DNA of 32,000 nucleotides from Desulfobulbus propionicus DSM 2032 (GCF_000186885.1 NC_014972.1:2430001-2462000), one strand, 5' to 3'; counted from the stretch's first letter, positions 23,851 to 32,000 are shown. Notes: generated from the letters alone by a model not told the origin. Made by a program: numbers and translations.

Positions 23851-24486
23851 CTACCCTTTCCTGGCGGTGAGGAGAAAGACGGTGAAGCGGGAGGGTCGCC
23901 CGGAGGCATCGGGTTTGATGATTTCCGTGGCGGTTTCGACGCTGAGCTCATTAAAGCCGGTCTGGGCAGCGGAGAGGCTCAGCGCGGCACGATCAAAGCC
24001 GAAATGGAAGACGCCGGTGTTGTCGTCGCCATGGAAGCGGCCGCCCTCGCTGTCGAGATCGGCCACGGCCAGGGTGCCGCCGGGAGCAAGGACGTCATGC
24101 CACTGGCGCAACAAGGTATCGACCTCCCGGATGTGATGCAGCGTCATGCTGCTGACCACCAGGTCATACCTGCCGGTCAGGCGTTCGCCCTGGTCGAGAT
24201 CGCACAGCAGGGTGCGGACATTGGCGAGCTGGAGACGGTTGATTTTATCCTCCAGCACGGCCAGCATGCCCGCCGAGCTGTCGACGCCGGTGATGGAGCG
24301 AACCAGCGGCTGCAGCTGCAGCGTAAGCAGGCCAGTGCCGCAACCGAAATCGAGCGCCTCCATGGTCGGGGTGAGGGCCACCCGCTGGACCATGGCTTCG
24401 GCCACCTCTGTGGCCAGCTTGACCCGCTGCGGCTTTTCATCCCACAGGGCTGCTTCCTTGTCAAAATCGCGCTTCTCACTTGTCAT
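23851..24486 (-). CDS. Class I SAM-dependent methyltransferase
   Basis: ALDFGCGTGLLT (motif I), DLVVSSMTLHH and LAPGGTLAVAD. Start at ATG 24486, preceded by GGAGA. Confidence 0.8.
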   Translation of the reverse strand: MTSEKRDFDKEAALWDEKPQRVKLATEVAEAMVQRVALTPTMEALDFGCGTGLLTLQLQPLVRSITGVDSSAGMLAVLEDKINRLQLANVRTLLCDLDQGERLTGRYDLVVSSMTLHHIREVDTLLRQWHDVLAPGGTLAVADLDSEGGRFHGDDNTGVFHFGFDRAALSLSAAQTGFNELSVETATEIIKPDASGRPSRFTVFLLTARKG

Positions 24487-24643
24487 GGTTGTCTCCATCA
24501 TCGGCTGCATTGCGTCAAAGCACGGGGACGGGCCAAAGGGATGCCCCACGGGAATGCCCCTCTGCGGGCAACCACACCCCATGCCTAACCGTCCTGTTTA
24601 GCACGAGCGAAACCGGTGGACAAGGGGTACGCGTTGCTTTTGT

Positions 24644-25228
24644 TCACCGACCGTTCGGAGCACCTTGTTCTTCTGTGAACAACCGATAGGTCCGGTGGCC
24701 ATCGTCGTCCCCGGTCCGGGCGGCAATCCACAACAGCACCACCATGACCACGCACCAGCTCACGCCAATCTGCACCAGACAACGGAGCATGTCCGGGCCG
24801 AACGCAGCCGCACCCAATCGTACCCCAGCCCCGTAGGCCAAGGCTCCGGATACACCACCAAGCACGGCAGCCAGCAGATACCGTCCGGCAAGCCAGGCCA
24901 GCGCATAGTGCAGCGTCATGGCGAACTGCAGCCACAGCACCAGGATCCAGGGCGGCGGCACGGCCGGATGCAGGCTGCCGATGGGAAAGAACAGCACGCC
25001 GGTGCCGATATGAAGGCTATCAACCAGCAGGCCGAGCAGCCCGCTTGCACCCAGCAGCAGCGCTTCGCGGCCGGGTTGCCGAACCAGGGCCAGATGCGCC
25101 AGCACCAAGGCACTTCCGGCCAGGGTGGCTGGCCAGGGAAAGCCGGCGGCGGCACCCAGGACGCACACCATCCAGCCGCCCTGGAACAGAGCGAAGTTGA
25201 TCAGCTTGGTCCAGGCCTGGCCGCTCAC
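24644..25228 (-). CDS. DUF2878-like integral membrane protein
   Basis: About 5 TM helices. N-terminus KLINFALFQGGWMVCVLG resembles DUF2878 proteins, which co-occur with CFA-synthase-like genes. GTG start at 25228 forms a GTGA overlap with the upstream stop. Confidence 0.6.
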   Translation of the reverse strand: MSGQAWTKLINFALFQGGWMVCVLGAAAGFPWPATLAGSALVLAHLALVRQPGREALLLGASGLLGLLVDSLHIGTGVLFFPIGSLHPAVPPPWILVLWLQFAMTLHYALAWLAGRYLLAAVLGGVSGALAYGAGVRLGAAAFGPDMLRCLVQIGVSWCVVMVVLLWIAARTGDDDGHRTYRLFTEEQGAPNGR

Positions 25229-27204
25229 CTGCTGCCCGGCTCCGGCGCTGCCTCGCCCATGCGGGAGAGCACCAGATGATAGTTGCGCACCAACCGGGTG
25301 CGGAAACCCGCCTCGCAGTAGCTGAAATAGTACTCCCATTGGCGCAGGAACCGTTCGTCAAAGCCAAGATCCAACACCCGCTGCCGCTGGGCACGCAGGG
25401 CCTCCCGCCACAGTTCCAGGGTGCGGACATAGTGGAGGCCGATATCCTCCAGGCTGGTGATGTTGAACCGGGTGGTGCGGGCCATGGCCTCGACCAGGGC
25501 ACCCAACGAGGGCAGATGGCCGCCGGGAAAGATGTGCTTGCGGATCCAGTCCGAACCCAGGCGGTAGGAACGGTATTTCTGGTCGGGCATGGTGATCGCC
25601 TGCAGCACAACCCGTCCGCCGGGCAGAAGCAGACGATCGAGTTCAGCGAAATAGCGGGGCAGATGCCGGTGGCCCACGGCCTCGATCATCTCGATGGAGA
25701 CAATGGCGCTGAACTGTCCCTGCACATGGCGATAATCGGTCAGCTGCACCTCGATCCGGTCGTCCAGGCCCTCTTCACGCACCCGCCGGCTGACCCAGTC
25801 GTACTGTTCACGGGAGACGGTGATGGCCAGCAGATGGCAGCCGGTGGCGCGTACCGCCTCCAGGGCAAAACCGCCCCAGCCGCAGCCGATTTCCAACACC
25901 CGATCGTCCGGGCCGATCCCGGCCAGTTCCAGCACCCGGCGGATCTTGTGGTGCTGCGCCTGTTCCAGGCTGTCGTGTTCGTCCACAAACAGACCGCTGG
26001 AATAACACATGGTCGGATCGAGGAACAGGGCGTAGAGTTCGTTGCCAAGGTCATAATGGGCACTGATGTTGCGCCGGCTGCCGGCCGGGGTGTTGTCCCG
26101 CCGGAGATGAAGAAGGAAATTCACCGCCCGTCCGGCCAGGGCCGGCCACAAGCGCCGGTCATTGACCGCCTCTTCCCGCAGGCAGAGCAGAGTCAGCAGG
26201 GCCGCCAGATCCGGACTGTCCCAGTCACCCTCCACATAGGATTCACCAAAGCCGATGTCCGCGGCGAGCATGGCCCGCTGAAAAAAGCGGTGGCGATGGA
26301 CGGTCATCGCCACCTGCGGCGTGCCCTCCAAGGTGCCAAAGACATGCTGCTGACCGTCCGGGGTGGTCAGGGTCATCTGGCCGTGATCGAGCTGGGCAAA
26401 AAAACGGGTCATCACCCGTTTCCCTAGCCGTTCCAGCAGCGAGGGCGGCACGGGGCGAATGGTCAAGGGCGAGCAGGGATCGGGTTTGGCAAAGACCGGC
26501 AATCGCTTCTGCAGATACAGGCGGGCTGCCTGCCAGAGAATGCGGGGAAAGGTCATGCCTGCCCGCAGCGGATGGAGCAGCACGGTGCGGGCCATGATCT
26601 GGGACGTCAGGGGGCTGGCGGTTCCGGTGAACGAGGCCCGCAGGGCCAACTGGTCGTCAAGAAAATAGCTGATCTCAAGCGACAGGCTGTCCCCCGGTTC
26701 GGAGAGGCGGAACTGGTAGCGTCCCCGGCGCGGGAAAAACGGAGAGACGTGAAAGGCCTTGTCGGCCTGAAAGGATTGACCGTCCTCCTCGGGTGTGAGC
26801 AGGTAGAGATGGGTTTCGCCAAAGGTGTTGTTGACCTGGGCGAGCACGGCAAAGAGCCTGTTGGTCGCATCGTAACAGTAGAAGAAGTTGACCGGGTTGA
26901 ACACGTACAGAAACTGGCGCAGCGCGGTGACCAGGACGATGCGGCCGGGGATCTGGTCCATGCCGTTGTCGCGCAGGGCCCGCCGCACCTTGTCGACCAG
27001 GGGCGACTCACCCGGATACAGGTAGTCGCGATCAAAGAGGGCCAACGGCCGCGGTCGGTTATGACCAAACCAGCTGGACTGCTGCTCCAACCGGTCGAGC
27101 TCGTCCAGATCCAGGGCGTACAGATGGAGGAGATAGGCAAAACTGTGTTCGACCGCATGGGTGCGGGCGTGGCGCAGTTGCCCGGTATAGAGTGTGGAGT
27201 TCAC
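25225..27204 (-). CDS. Fusion: DUF1365 domain + cyclopropane-fatty-acyl-phospholipid-synthase-like SAM methyltransferase
   Basis: N-terminal ~240 aa: LYTGQLRHAR...F.Y.L.LYALDLDEL...FNPVNFFYCYD...FHVSPF (DUF1365). C-terminal ~400 aa: NISAHYDLGNELY, VLEIGCGWGGFA, SIEMIEAVGH, IFPGG.LPS and WEYYFSYCEAGF (CFA-synthase family). GTG start forms a GTGA overlap at 27201-27204. Confidence 0.85.
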   Translation of the reverse strand: MNSTLYTGQLRHARTHAVEHSFAYLLHLYALDLDELDRLEQQSSWFGHNRPRPLALFDRDYLYPGESPLVDKVRRALRDNGMDQIPGRIVLVTALRQFLYVFNPVNFFYCYDATNRLFAVLAQVNNTFGETHLYLLTPEEDGQSFQADKAFHVSPFFPRRGRYQFRLSEPGDSLSLEISYFLDDQLALRASFTGTASPLTSQIMARTVLLHPLRAGMTFPRILWQAARLYLQKRLPVFAKPDPCSPLTIRPVPPSLLERLGKRVMTRFFAQLDHGQMTLTTPDGQQHVFGTLEGTPQVAMTVHRHRFFQRAMLAADIGFGESYVEGDWDSPDLAALLTLLCLREEAVNDRRLWPALAGRAVNFLLHLRRDNTPAGSRRNISAHYDLGNELYALFLDPTMCYSSGLFVDEHDSLEQAQHHKIRRVLELAGIGPDDRVLEIGCGWGGFALEAVRATGCHLLAITVSREQYDWVSRRVREEGLDDRIEVQLTDYRHVQGQFSAIVSIEMIEAVGHRHLPRYFAELDRLLLPGGRVVLQAITMPDQKYRSYRLGSDWIRKHIFPGGHLPSLGALVEAMARTTRFNITSLEDIGLHYVRTLELWREALRAQRQRVLDLGFDERFLRQWEYYFSYCEAGFRTRLVRNYHLVLSRMGEAAPEPGSR

Positions 27205-29291
27205 CGTGTTGCCTCCAGGTGGGCCACCGCCTGATGACTGGAGCGGACCGCGTCCTCATGGAACCCCCAGCCAAAGTAGCTGCCGCAAAACCAGGTCTGG
27301 CGCACGCCGTTGAGCGACGGCAGGCCTGGCTGGGTGGCCATGGAACCGGTGGTGTAGGTGGGATGATGGTAGACCATGGTGGCTACCACCTGACGCGGGT
27401 CGTAGCCCTCTGGCCGGTTGAGGGTGACCAGGTAGTGGTTGCGGGTGGTGAGCCCCTGGAGGATGTTCATCGAATAGGTCACGTAGACGCCCTGTTCCGG
27501 ACCGGCCTCCCGCCGGAAATTCCAGCAGGCCCAGGCGCGGGACAGCGGCGGCAGCACGGACAGGTCGGTGTGGAGCACCGTGGTGTTGGCCTCGTACTGC
27601 CAGGCTCCGAGCAGGCGGGCCTCCTCCGCGGTTGGATCGGCCAGCAACCGCAGGGCCTGGTCGGCGTGGGTGGCGATCACCACCCGGTCAAACCGTTCCT
27701 GATGCTGATCGGCGAACTCCAGAAGCACGCCCTCCTCGGTGCGGCGGATCCGCTCGATGGCGCTGTTGAGGCGGATGGTGCCGGTGAACCGGTCGGCAAA
27801 GGCCTTGACATACCTGTGGCTGCCCCCGCAGACGGTGCGCCAGCGCGGCCGGTTGTGGAGGGAGAGCAGACCGTGATTGCTGAAGAAACGCAGAAACGGC
27901 CGGGCCGGGAAGGCCGTGACCTGACCGGCGGGTGTCGACCAGATGGCCGCTGCCATGGGCTTGAGGTAGTTGTCCACCATGAAAGGCATGAAGCGGTGGC
28001 GGCGGACATAGTCCTCCAGGGTGCCGAGGTCGTTCTCATCGGTCAGGTCGGCGCTGGCCTGGCGGCAGAATCGTCCGATTTCGAGCAGAAAGCGGTAGAA
28101 TTGCGGCCGCAGCAGATTGGCGCGCTGGGCAAAGAGGCCGTTGAAGGTATTGCCGGCGTAGATGAGATCGGTCTGGCGGCAATACAGCCCAAAAGACATC
28201 TCGGTTTCGCGGGAGGCCACCCCTAGTTCGTCGAGGAAGGCGATGAACATGGGATAGGTGGCCTCATTGAAGACGATGAAACCGGTGTCCACCGGGGTGC
28301 CGGCGTCCGGACCGTCGGCGATGACCACCGTGTGGGTATGACCGCCCAAGCGTTCGGCCTGTTCAAACAGGGTGACCCGATAGTTCTTCTGCAGCCGATG
28401 GGCGGCGACAATGCCCGCCACTCCGGCGCCGATCACCGCTATCTGCTGTCCCTTCACCGCGCTGCCGTGCTCCATTAGTCCTCCATAGGTGTGGTTGGTG
28501 GGTTTGTTGGGATGTTCCGGCCGTGGCAACCAGGGGAAAAAGGCGTTGGTCCTGGCCTTGTAGGCCGCAAACTCGGGGTTGCCGCTGTATTTGGCCTCCA
28601 GCATGGGAATACCGGAAACCTTGAGCAGGAGAAAGCAGATGGTCAGCGGGCTGATCAGGCCGTACCAGCCGGCCGGTGCGCCCAGGCCGATGAGAAAGAT
28701 CCCCCACCAGAGCACGGCCTCACCGAAATAGTTGGGATGGCGGGTGTAGCGCCACAACCCGTGCTGGATGATCCGGCCCCGGTTGGCGGGATCGGCCTTG
28801 AACCGGGTCAGCTGCCAGTCGCCAACCGCCTCGAACCCAAACCCGATCGCGAACAGCGCAAGCCCCAGTCCGTCGGTCCAGGCAAACGCTGTGCCCGGAT
28901 TGCTGATCGTCAGCAGCACCGGCGTGGCAATCACCACCACCACCATGCCCTGAAGTAGGTAGATCTGCAGAAAGCTGCGCCAGATCAGAGTGCGGCCCCA
29001 CTGTTCGCGAAAGGAGCGGTAGCGAAAATCCTCGCCCCGCCCCCGGTGGCGCAGGGCGATATGCAGGCCCAGACGCAGTCCCCACAGGGTAAGCAGGACC
29101 AACAGCAGCAGCGGCCGGAAATGGAGCGGCGGGGGAACGACTGTCAGCCAGGCTCCCCAGCCGGCCAGAATAAAGGCCGGGCCGTAGGCAATATCGATCA
29201 GGCTGTTATCCTTGACCAACAAACCCACCCCATACATGCAGCACATGCCGCCCAGCACCAGCAGGGTTGCCGTCAAAAACGGTCCGTCCAT
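27201..29291 (-). CDS. Fusion: DUF1295 (steroid-5-alpha-reductase/ICMT-like membrane domain) + NAD(P)/FAD-dependent amine-oxidase-like oxidoreductase
   Basis: N-terminal ~255 aa membrane domain with GLWRYTRHPNYFGE (DUF1295). From aa ~281, IAVIGAGVAGIVAAHRL...LFEQAERLGGHTHT (Rossmann FAD fold) and an amine-oxidase-like body. The junction is at about nt 28440-28520. Confidence 0.85.
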   Translation of the reverse strand: MDGPFLTATLLVLGGMCCMYGVGLLVKDNSLIDIAYGPAFILAGWGAWLTVVPPPLHFRPLLLLVLLTLWGLRLGLHIALRHRGRGEDFRYRSFREQWGRTLIWRSFLQIYLLQGMVVVVIATPVLLTISNPGTAFAWTDGLGLALFAIGFGFEAVGDWQLTRFKADPANRGRIIQHGLWRYTRHPNYFGEAVLWWGIFLIGLGAPAGWYGLISPLTICFLLLKVSGIPMLEAKYSGNPEFAAYKARTNAFFPWLPRPEHPNKPTNHTYGGLMEHGSAVKGQQIAVIGAGVAGIVAAHRLQKNYRVTLFEQAERLGGHTHTVVIADGPDAGTPVDTGFIVFNEATYPMFIAFLDELGVASRETEMSFGLYCRQTDLIYAGNTFNGLFAQRANLLRPQFYRFLLEIGRFCRQASADLTDENDLGTLEDYVRRHRFMPFMVDNYLKPMAAAIWSTPAGQVTAFPARPFLRFFSNHGLLSLHNRPRWRTVCGGSHRYVKAFADRFTGTIRLNSAIERIRRTEEGVLLEFADQHQERFDRVVIATHADQALRLLADPTAEEARLLGAWQYEANTTVLHTDLSVLPPLSRAWACWNFRREAGPEQGVYVTYSMNILQGLTTRNHYLVTLNRPEGYDPRQVVATMVYHHPTYTTGSMATQPGLPSLNGVRQTWFCGSYFGWGFHEDAVRSSHQAVAHLEATR

Positions 29292-29321
29292 GTGCAGGTC
29301 TCCGTTGGTAGCGAAGCTGTT

Positions 29322-29732
29322 CTATGTCGCCAGCCGCAGGCCGATCAGGTAGGCCGCGCCGCTGACCAGGGTGCAGAGGATCGTGCCCCAGGCCATGTCG
29401 ACCACGGTGACCAGCAGCGGCCAGTCGCGCAGAGTGGCCAGGTTGGTCAGATCGTAGGTGCCGTAGGTAAAAAAACCAAAGAGCGCGCCCAGTAGGCAGG
29501 CCTTGGCCAGGGAATGGGCTTCAAGTGCGGGACGAACCGCAAAAAAGAGGATACCGGCGATGTAAAAGCCGTAAAAGAGCAAGGCGGCCGGCCAGTTGAC
29601 CTGCGGGCTGAGCAGCGCATGGAGCTGCTGTTTGTAGAAATTTCTTGCCACCACGCCGAGCCAGAGCATGTCGATGGCAAAGAACACGGGGACGGTCAAC
29701 AGGTACAGCTTCAACCACAGTGAGCCGTTCAT
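29322..29732 (-). CDS. DUF2177-like small membrane protein
   Basis: FAIDMLWLGVVARNFYKQQL and TYDLTNLATLRDWP are characteristic of DUF2177. Four TM helices. Start at ATG 29732 with a GGAGAG SD. Confidence 0.7.
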   Translation of the reverse strand: MNGSLWLKLYLLTVPVFFAIDMLWLGVVARNFYKQQLHALLSPQVNWPAALLFYGFYIAGILFFAVRPALEAHSLAKACLLGALFGFFTYGTYDLTNLATLRDWPLLVTVVDMAWGTILCTLVSGAAYLIGLRLAT

Positions 29733-29882
29733 AGGCGTACTCTCCAGTGCATGAAGATCTGATGTCGCGTTCAGGTAGACCGTGATCAAGCAAGGGGAGC
29801 TCTACACCCCTGCCACTCCATCTTGGCTAACGTTGGGGAAAAAAATAAGACGACCTCCGCAAAAAACAAGCAATCGGCAACG

Positions 29883-30371
29883 CTACCGCAAGGATTTTTC
29901 TTGAAAGTTTGTTGGGCCGCCGTCCATGCCCAGCACCCGCACCTCCTGAAAGTGGCTGACCACGATATAGCGGCTGACGGTGATTGCAATCACGGCGGTG
30001 CTCGGCTCATCGGCAAAACCACCCAACTCCGGGTGCCGCTTGCGCAAGAGCTGCAACAACTCCTCCCTGGCAGCCCCCTGCGCTTCGGCGGCGGTACCGA
30101 GCGCGGTCACGGCCACACCCCGGGCAAGATCGACTGGCTGATTGCTCCGATTGTCGATGAGCAGCGCGACCTGCGGGCGCGACTCGATGTTGCGGAACTT
30201 CTGGGTGGCGCGGCTGGTCAGGAAAATCAGGCGGCCGAGATCGGGAGTGACGGCAAAGGCGACCAGGCTGGTATAGGGGCCGGAGCCGCTGTCGGTGGCG
30301 ACGACCGCCAGCCGCTGCTGGCCAAACAGGGTGATCAGCTGGCTGTTGATGGGGACTGGATCAATATCCAT
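29883..30371 (-). CDS. Pyridoxamine-5'-phosphate-oxidase-like (FMN-binding split-barrel) family protein
   Basis: A 162-aa protein. LAVVATDSGSGPYTSLVAF...LIFLTSRATQKFRNIESRPQVALLID fits the PNPOx-like split-barrel pattern. Assignment is by overall pattern only. Confidence 0.6.
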   Translation of the reverse strand: MDIDPVPINSQLITLFGQQRLAVVATDSGSGPYTSLVAFAVTPDLGRLIFLTSRATQKFRNIESRPQVALLIDNRSNQPVDLARGVAVTALGTAAEAQGAAREELLQLLRKRHPELGGFADEPSTAVIAITVSRYIVVSHFQEVRVLGMDGGPTNFQEKSLR

Positions 30372-30400
30372 TCATTTCTCCATTTTTTTTTAAAGCGACC

Positions 30401-30428
30401 TTGCGCACAATCAAACAATAACTATTAT
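30401..30428 (+). promoter_or_regulatory. Candidate sigma70-type promoter for the 68-aa gene
   Basis: TTGCGC, a 16-nt spacer, then TATTAT, in an AT-rich divergent intergenic region ~44 nt upstream of ATG 30472. Confidence 0.45.
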
Positions 30429-30471
30429 CAAAAAATAGCAAACCTTTCACTTCAACCTGAGGAGAACGACC

Positions 30472-30678
30472 ATGGCTGATGAGAACAAAGAGTATCAACA
30501 GATGAGCAGCTCCGGTGGCGGTTATGAATCAATGGTTTGGATCCGGGACAAGGATGGCAAAGAATATGCTTGCTACCTCAAGGACATCAAAAACATTAAA
30601 CGCAAGGAGGATTTGAGCGAGGACGAAAAGGCCAAATGCCTGGACGTCAGCCAGATTGTCGGTACGGAACGCTGGTAA
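30472..30678 (+). CDS. Small hypothetical protein (68 aa), charged, two Cys
   Basis: Strong SD (GAGGAG, 7 nt before the ATG), its own promoter-like element and a strong terminator downstream. The coding region is visibly AT-richer than neighbouring genes. No family recognised. Confidence 0.6.
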   Translation: MADENKEYQQMSSSGGGYESMVWIRDKDGKEYACYLKDIKNIKRKEDLSEDEKAKCLDVSQIVGTERW

Positions 30679-30703
30679 CCGTTCATCCTCCTGTGAGTTA
30701 TAT

Positions 30704-30735
30704 GGCCTGTCCGCTCAGCGGGCAGGCCTTTTTTT
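30704..30735 (+). terminator. Rho-independent terminator (hairpin shared with the 3' end of the convergent gene)
   Basis: GGCCTGTCCGC-tca-GCGGGCAGGCC (11-bp stem with one G-U pair) followed by TTTTTTT. It begins 26 nt after the stop of the 68-aa gene and abuts the TAA stop (30734-30736) of the minus-strand gene. Confidence 0.8.
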
Positions 30736-31315
30736 ATCCCCGGCGCATCGGCCTGCGCTCCGGCACCGGCAGGCGGGGGATGGCGCCTCGATTCCAGGCC
30801 TCGGATACATACAGCTGGCAGTAACAGGCGCCGAACTCGGCAACATCGGGTTGCCGGTAGACACAGGGACAGATGATATCCGCATCCTGCTCGCGCTTTC
30901 CCGTGGCCAGCCGGCAAGGGCAGGACATGTAGCCGTAGCGGTCACGATTGATCAGCAGGCCGCGCAGCAGATCAAAGGTGCGTTCCCGGTCGTTGTTGAA
31001 CCAATACCCCTTTGCCTCCTGTGTTGTTTTCAGGCGGTCATAGAGCTCATCGACCTCGGTGCGGATGCCGATGGCCTCCTTGATCTCCTGCACCTGGAAG
31101 CCGACAATCACCTGCTCGCCAACCACGGTGGTGGGAAACGAACATTGGGGATTGATCGCCTGCAACTCGGCCACCAGGGCCTCGCGCTCCGCATCCGCCA
31201 GCAGGTCGGCCTCGACGTAGTCATGGGCCACGCCAAGATCGTCCAGCATCTTCTTGATGGCCTGACAGTAGGCACAGGTTGACAATCCGTAAAGTTTGAC
31301 GGTTTTCGCTGTCAT
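30734..31315 (-). CDS. Fusion: glutaredoxin-like domain + ferredoxin:thioredoxin-reductase catalytic-subunit-like (FTRc) domain
   Basis: N-terminus KLYGLSTCAYCQAIKKML (CxxC, Grx/NrdH-like fold). C-terminus SCPCRLATGKREQDADIICPCVYRQPDVAEFGACYCQLY (a CPC...CPC...CxC pattern like FTRc). Start at ATG 31315, preceded by GGGAGGA. Confidence 0.8.
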   Translation of the reverse strand: MTAKTVKLYGLSTCAYCQAIKKMLDDLGVAHDYVEADLLADAEREALVAELQAINPQCSFPTTVVGEQVIVGFQVQEIKEAIGIRTEVDELYDRLKTTQEAKGYWFNNDRERTFDLLRGLLINRDRYGYMSCPCRLATGKREQDADIICPCVYRQPDVAEFGACYCQLYVSEAWNRGAIPRLPVPERRPMRRG

Positions 31316-31409
31316 GTCGATCGATGATTCCTCCCAAAGGGTGTTTCCTTGTTCAAGCCAGCCACGCTGTGCATCGCTGCTCGGTATGGGGCCGCCACAT
31401 TCAGTCCGT

Positions 31410-31994
31410 CTACTGTTCACGGGCGTAGACCAGTACCGGTTCCGCCTCCACCCGCTCGATCCCCAGGGTAAAGGCCCTGCATCGGTAGCGCCCGCCGGCG
31501 AGCCGGGAGAGATCGAGCCCCTCGATGATCAGAATATCCTGTTCCAGCAAGTGGATATGGGTCGGATGTCCGGGTTGCGCCCGTTCGATGCCCGGCTGAT
31601 CAATGCCGACAAACCGCAGCGGGCGACTGGCCAACCAAGCGGCCGCCTCGGCGTTCACCGCCGGAAACAGGGGATCGAACGCGGCCAGCGGCTGTTCCAG
31701 GGTACGGAAAAACACGGCCTCGATCCCCTCGAGGGGCAGATCATGCACCTCGGCCAGAGTGATTGCCGCAGGCGGCTGCGGGCACAGGTCGACCACCAGG
31801 GCCGTGAATTCGTCCGGAAAGCGCCGATAATCGCTGGAACACTTGCCGCCGGCAATGGCGTGGAGCGGATAGTCGACATGGGTGCCGGTGTGCAGGGGCA
31901 GGTGCAGGGTGGATTCGTGCATGCCGTGGCGGCTGAAATCACGGGTGGTCTCGATGCTCGGCCGCTTGTCGGGCGCATTCTTGTAGACCATCAT
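31410..31994 (-). CDS. Cyclase-family protein (kynurenine formamidase-like fold)
   Basis: The HTGTHVDYPLH motif (HxGTHxDxPxH) and a 194-aa size. The start codon is within 7 nt of the window edge, so an upstream start cannot be excluded. Confidence 0.75.
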   Translation of the reverse strand: MMVYKNAPDKRPSIETTRDFSRHGMHESTLHLPLHTGTHVDYPLHAIAGGKCSSDYRRFPDEFTALVVDLCPQPPAAITLAEVHDLPLEGIEAVFFRTLEQPLAAFDPLFPAVNAEAAAWLASRPLRFVGIDQPGIERAQPGHPTHIHLLEQDILIIEGLDLSRLAGGRYRCRAFTLGIERVEAEPVLVYAREQ

Positions 31995-32000
31995 CTGTTC

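Noticed and set aside
29733-29882. ECF-sigma-type promoter upstream of the lipid cluster (a TGATC element ~50 nt before ATG 29732)
   Set aside because: A TGATC -35-like pentamer is present, but I could not find a convincing matching -10 at the right spacing. It is too speculative to annotate.
1-32000. CRISPR arrays, rRNA/tRNA genes, intact transposases or integrases
   Set aside because: I scanned for regularly spaced direct repeats, T-loop/acceptor motifs and DDE, tyrosine or serine recombinase motifs. None was found. The only repeat family seen is the REP-like doublet at 21766-21837.

Overview
GC-rich bacterial chromosomal window, densely coded, with gene content typical of an anaerobe (possibly Desulfobacterota; no marker gene supports this). 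About 30 protein genes are supportable. No rRNA, tRNA or CRISPR array was found. Left to right: a ferredoxin-domain nitroreductase (-), a membrane-anchored lytic transglycosylase, a CoaD-like adenylyltransferase and a TerC-family protein. Next is a four-gene NuoE / NuoF / NuoG::NfnA fusion / NfnB operon (4540-10890), which looks like a hybrid flavin-based electron-bifurcating or transhydrogenase complex. Then comes a tightly packed six-gene operon: macro domain, GGACT/AIG2-like cyclotransferase, orphan hydantoinase-A-like ATPase, HDAC-like deacetylase with a Cys4 tail, S26 peptidase, and a membrane-anchored NTF2-like protein (11181-16303). After that: an AEC transporter, two divergent lipoproteins (one a metallophosphoesterase), and a csoR / P1B-ATPase / GNAT operon with a palindromic operator candidate. 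A roughly 2 kb decayed islet follows (21.7-23.7 kb), holding an inverted REP-like doublet, a Fic N-terminal fragment, a multiply frameshifted DUF1016 nuclease, an HsdS-like remnant and a frameshifted excisionase-type HTH. A minus-strand membrane-lipid modification cluster carries two fusion genes (DUF1295::FAD oxidoreductase and DUF1365::CFA-synthase-like) alongside DUF2177, DUF2878 and a SAM methyltransferase (23851-29732). The window ends with a PNPOx-like protein, an AT-rich stand-alone 68-aa gene with its own promoter and strong terminator, a glutaredoxin::FTR-catalytic-subunit fusion and a cyclase-family protein. The best novelty candidates are the Nuo/Nfn hybrid operon, the macro-GGACT-HyuA-HDAC operon and the fused lipid-modification cluster. 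All functional calls come from motif and family recognition by eye; no database search was run.
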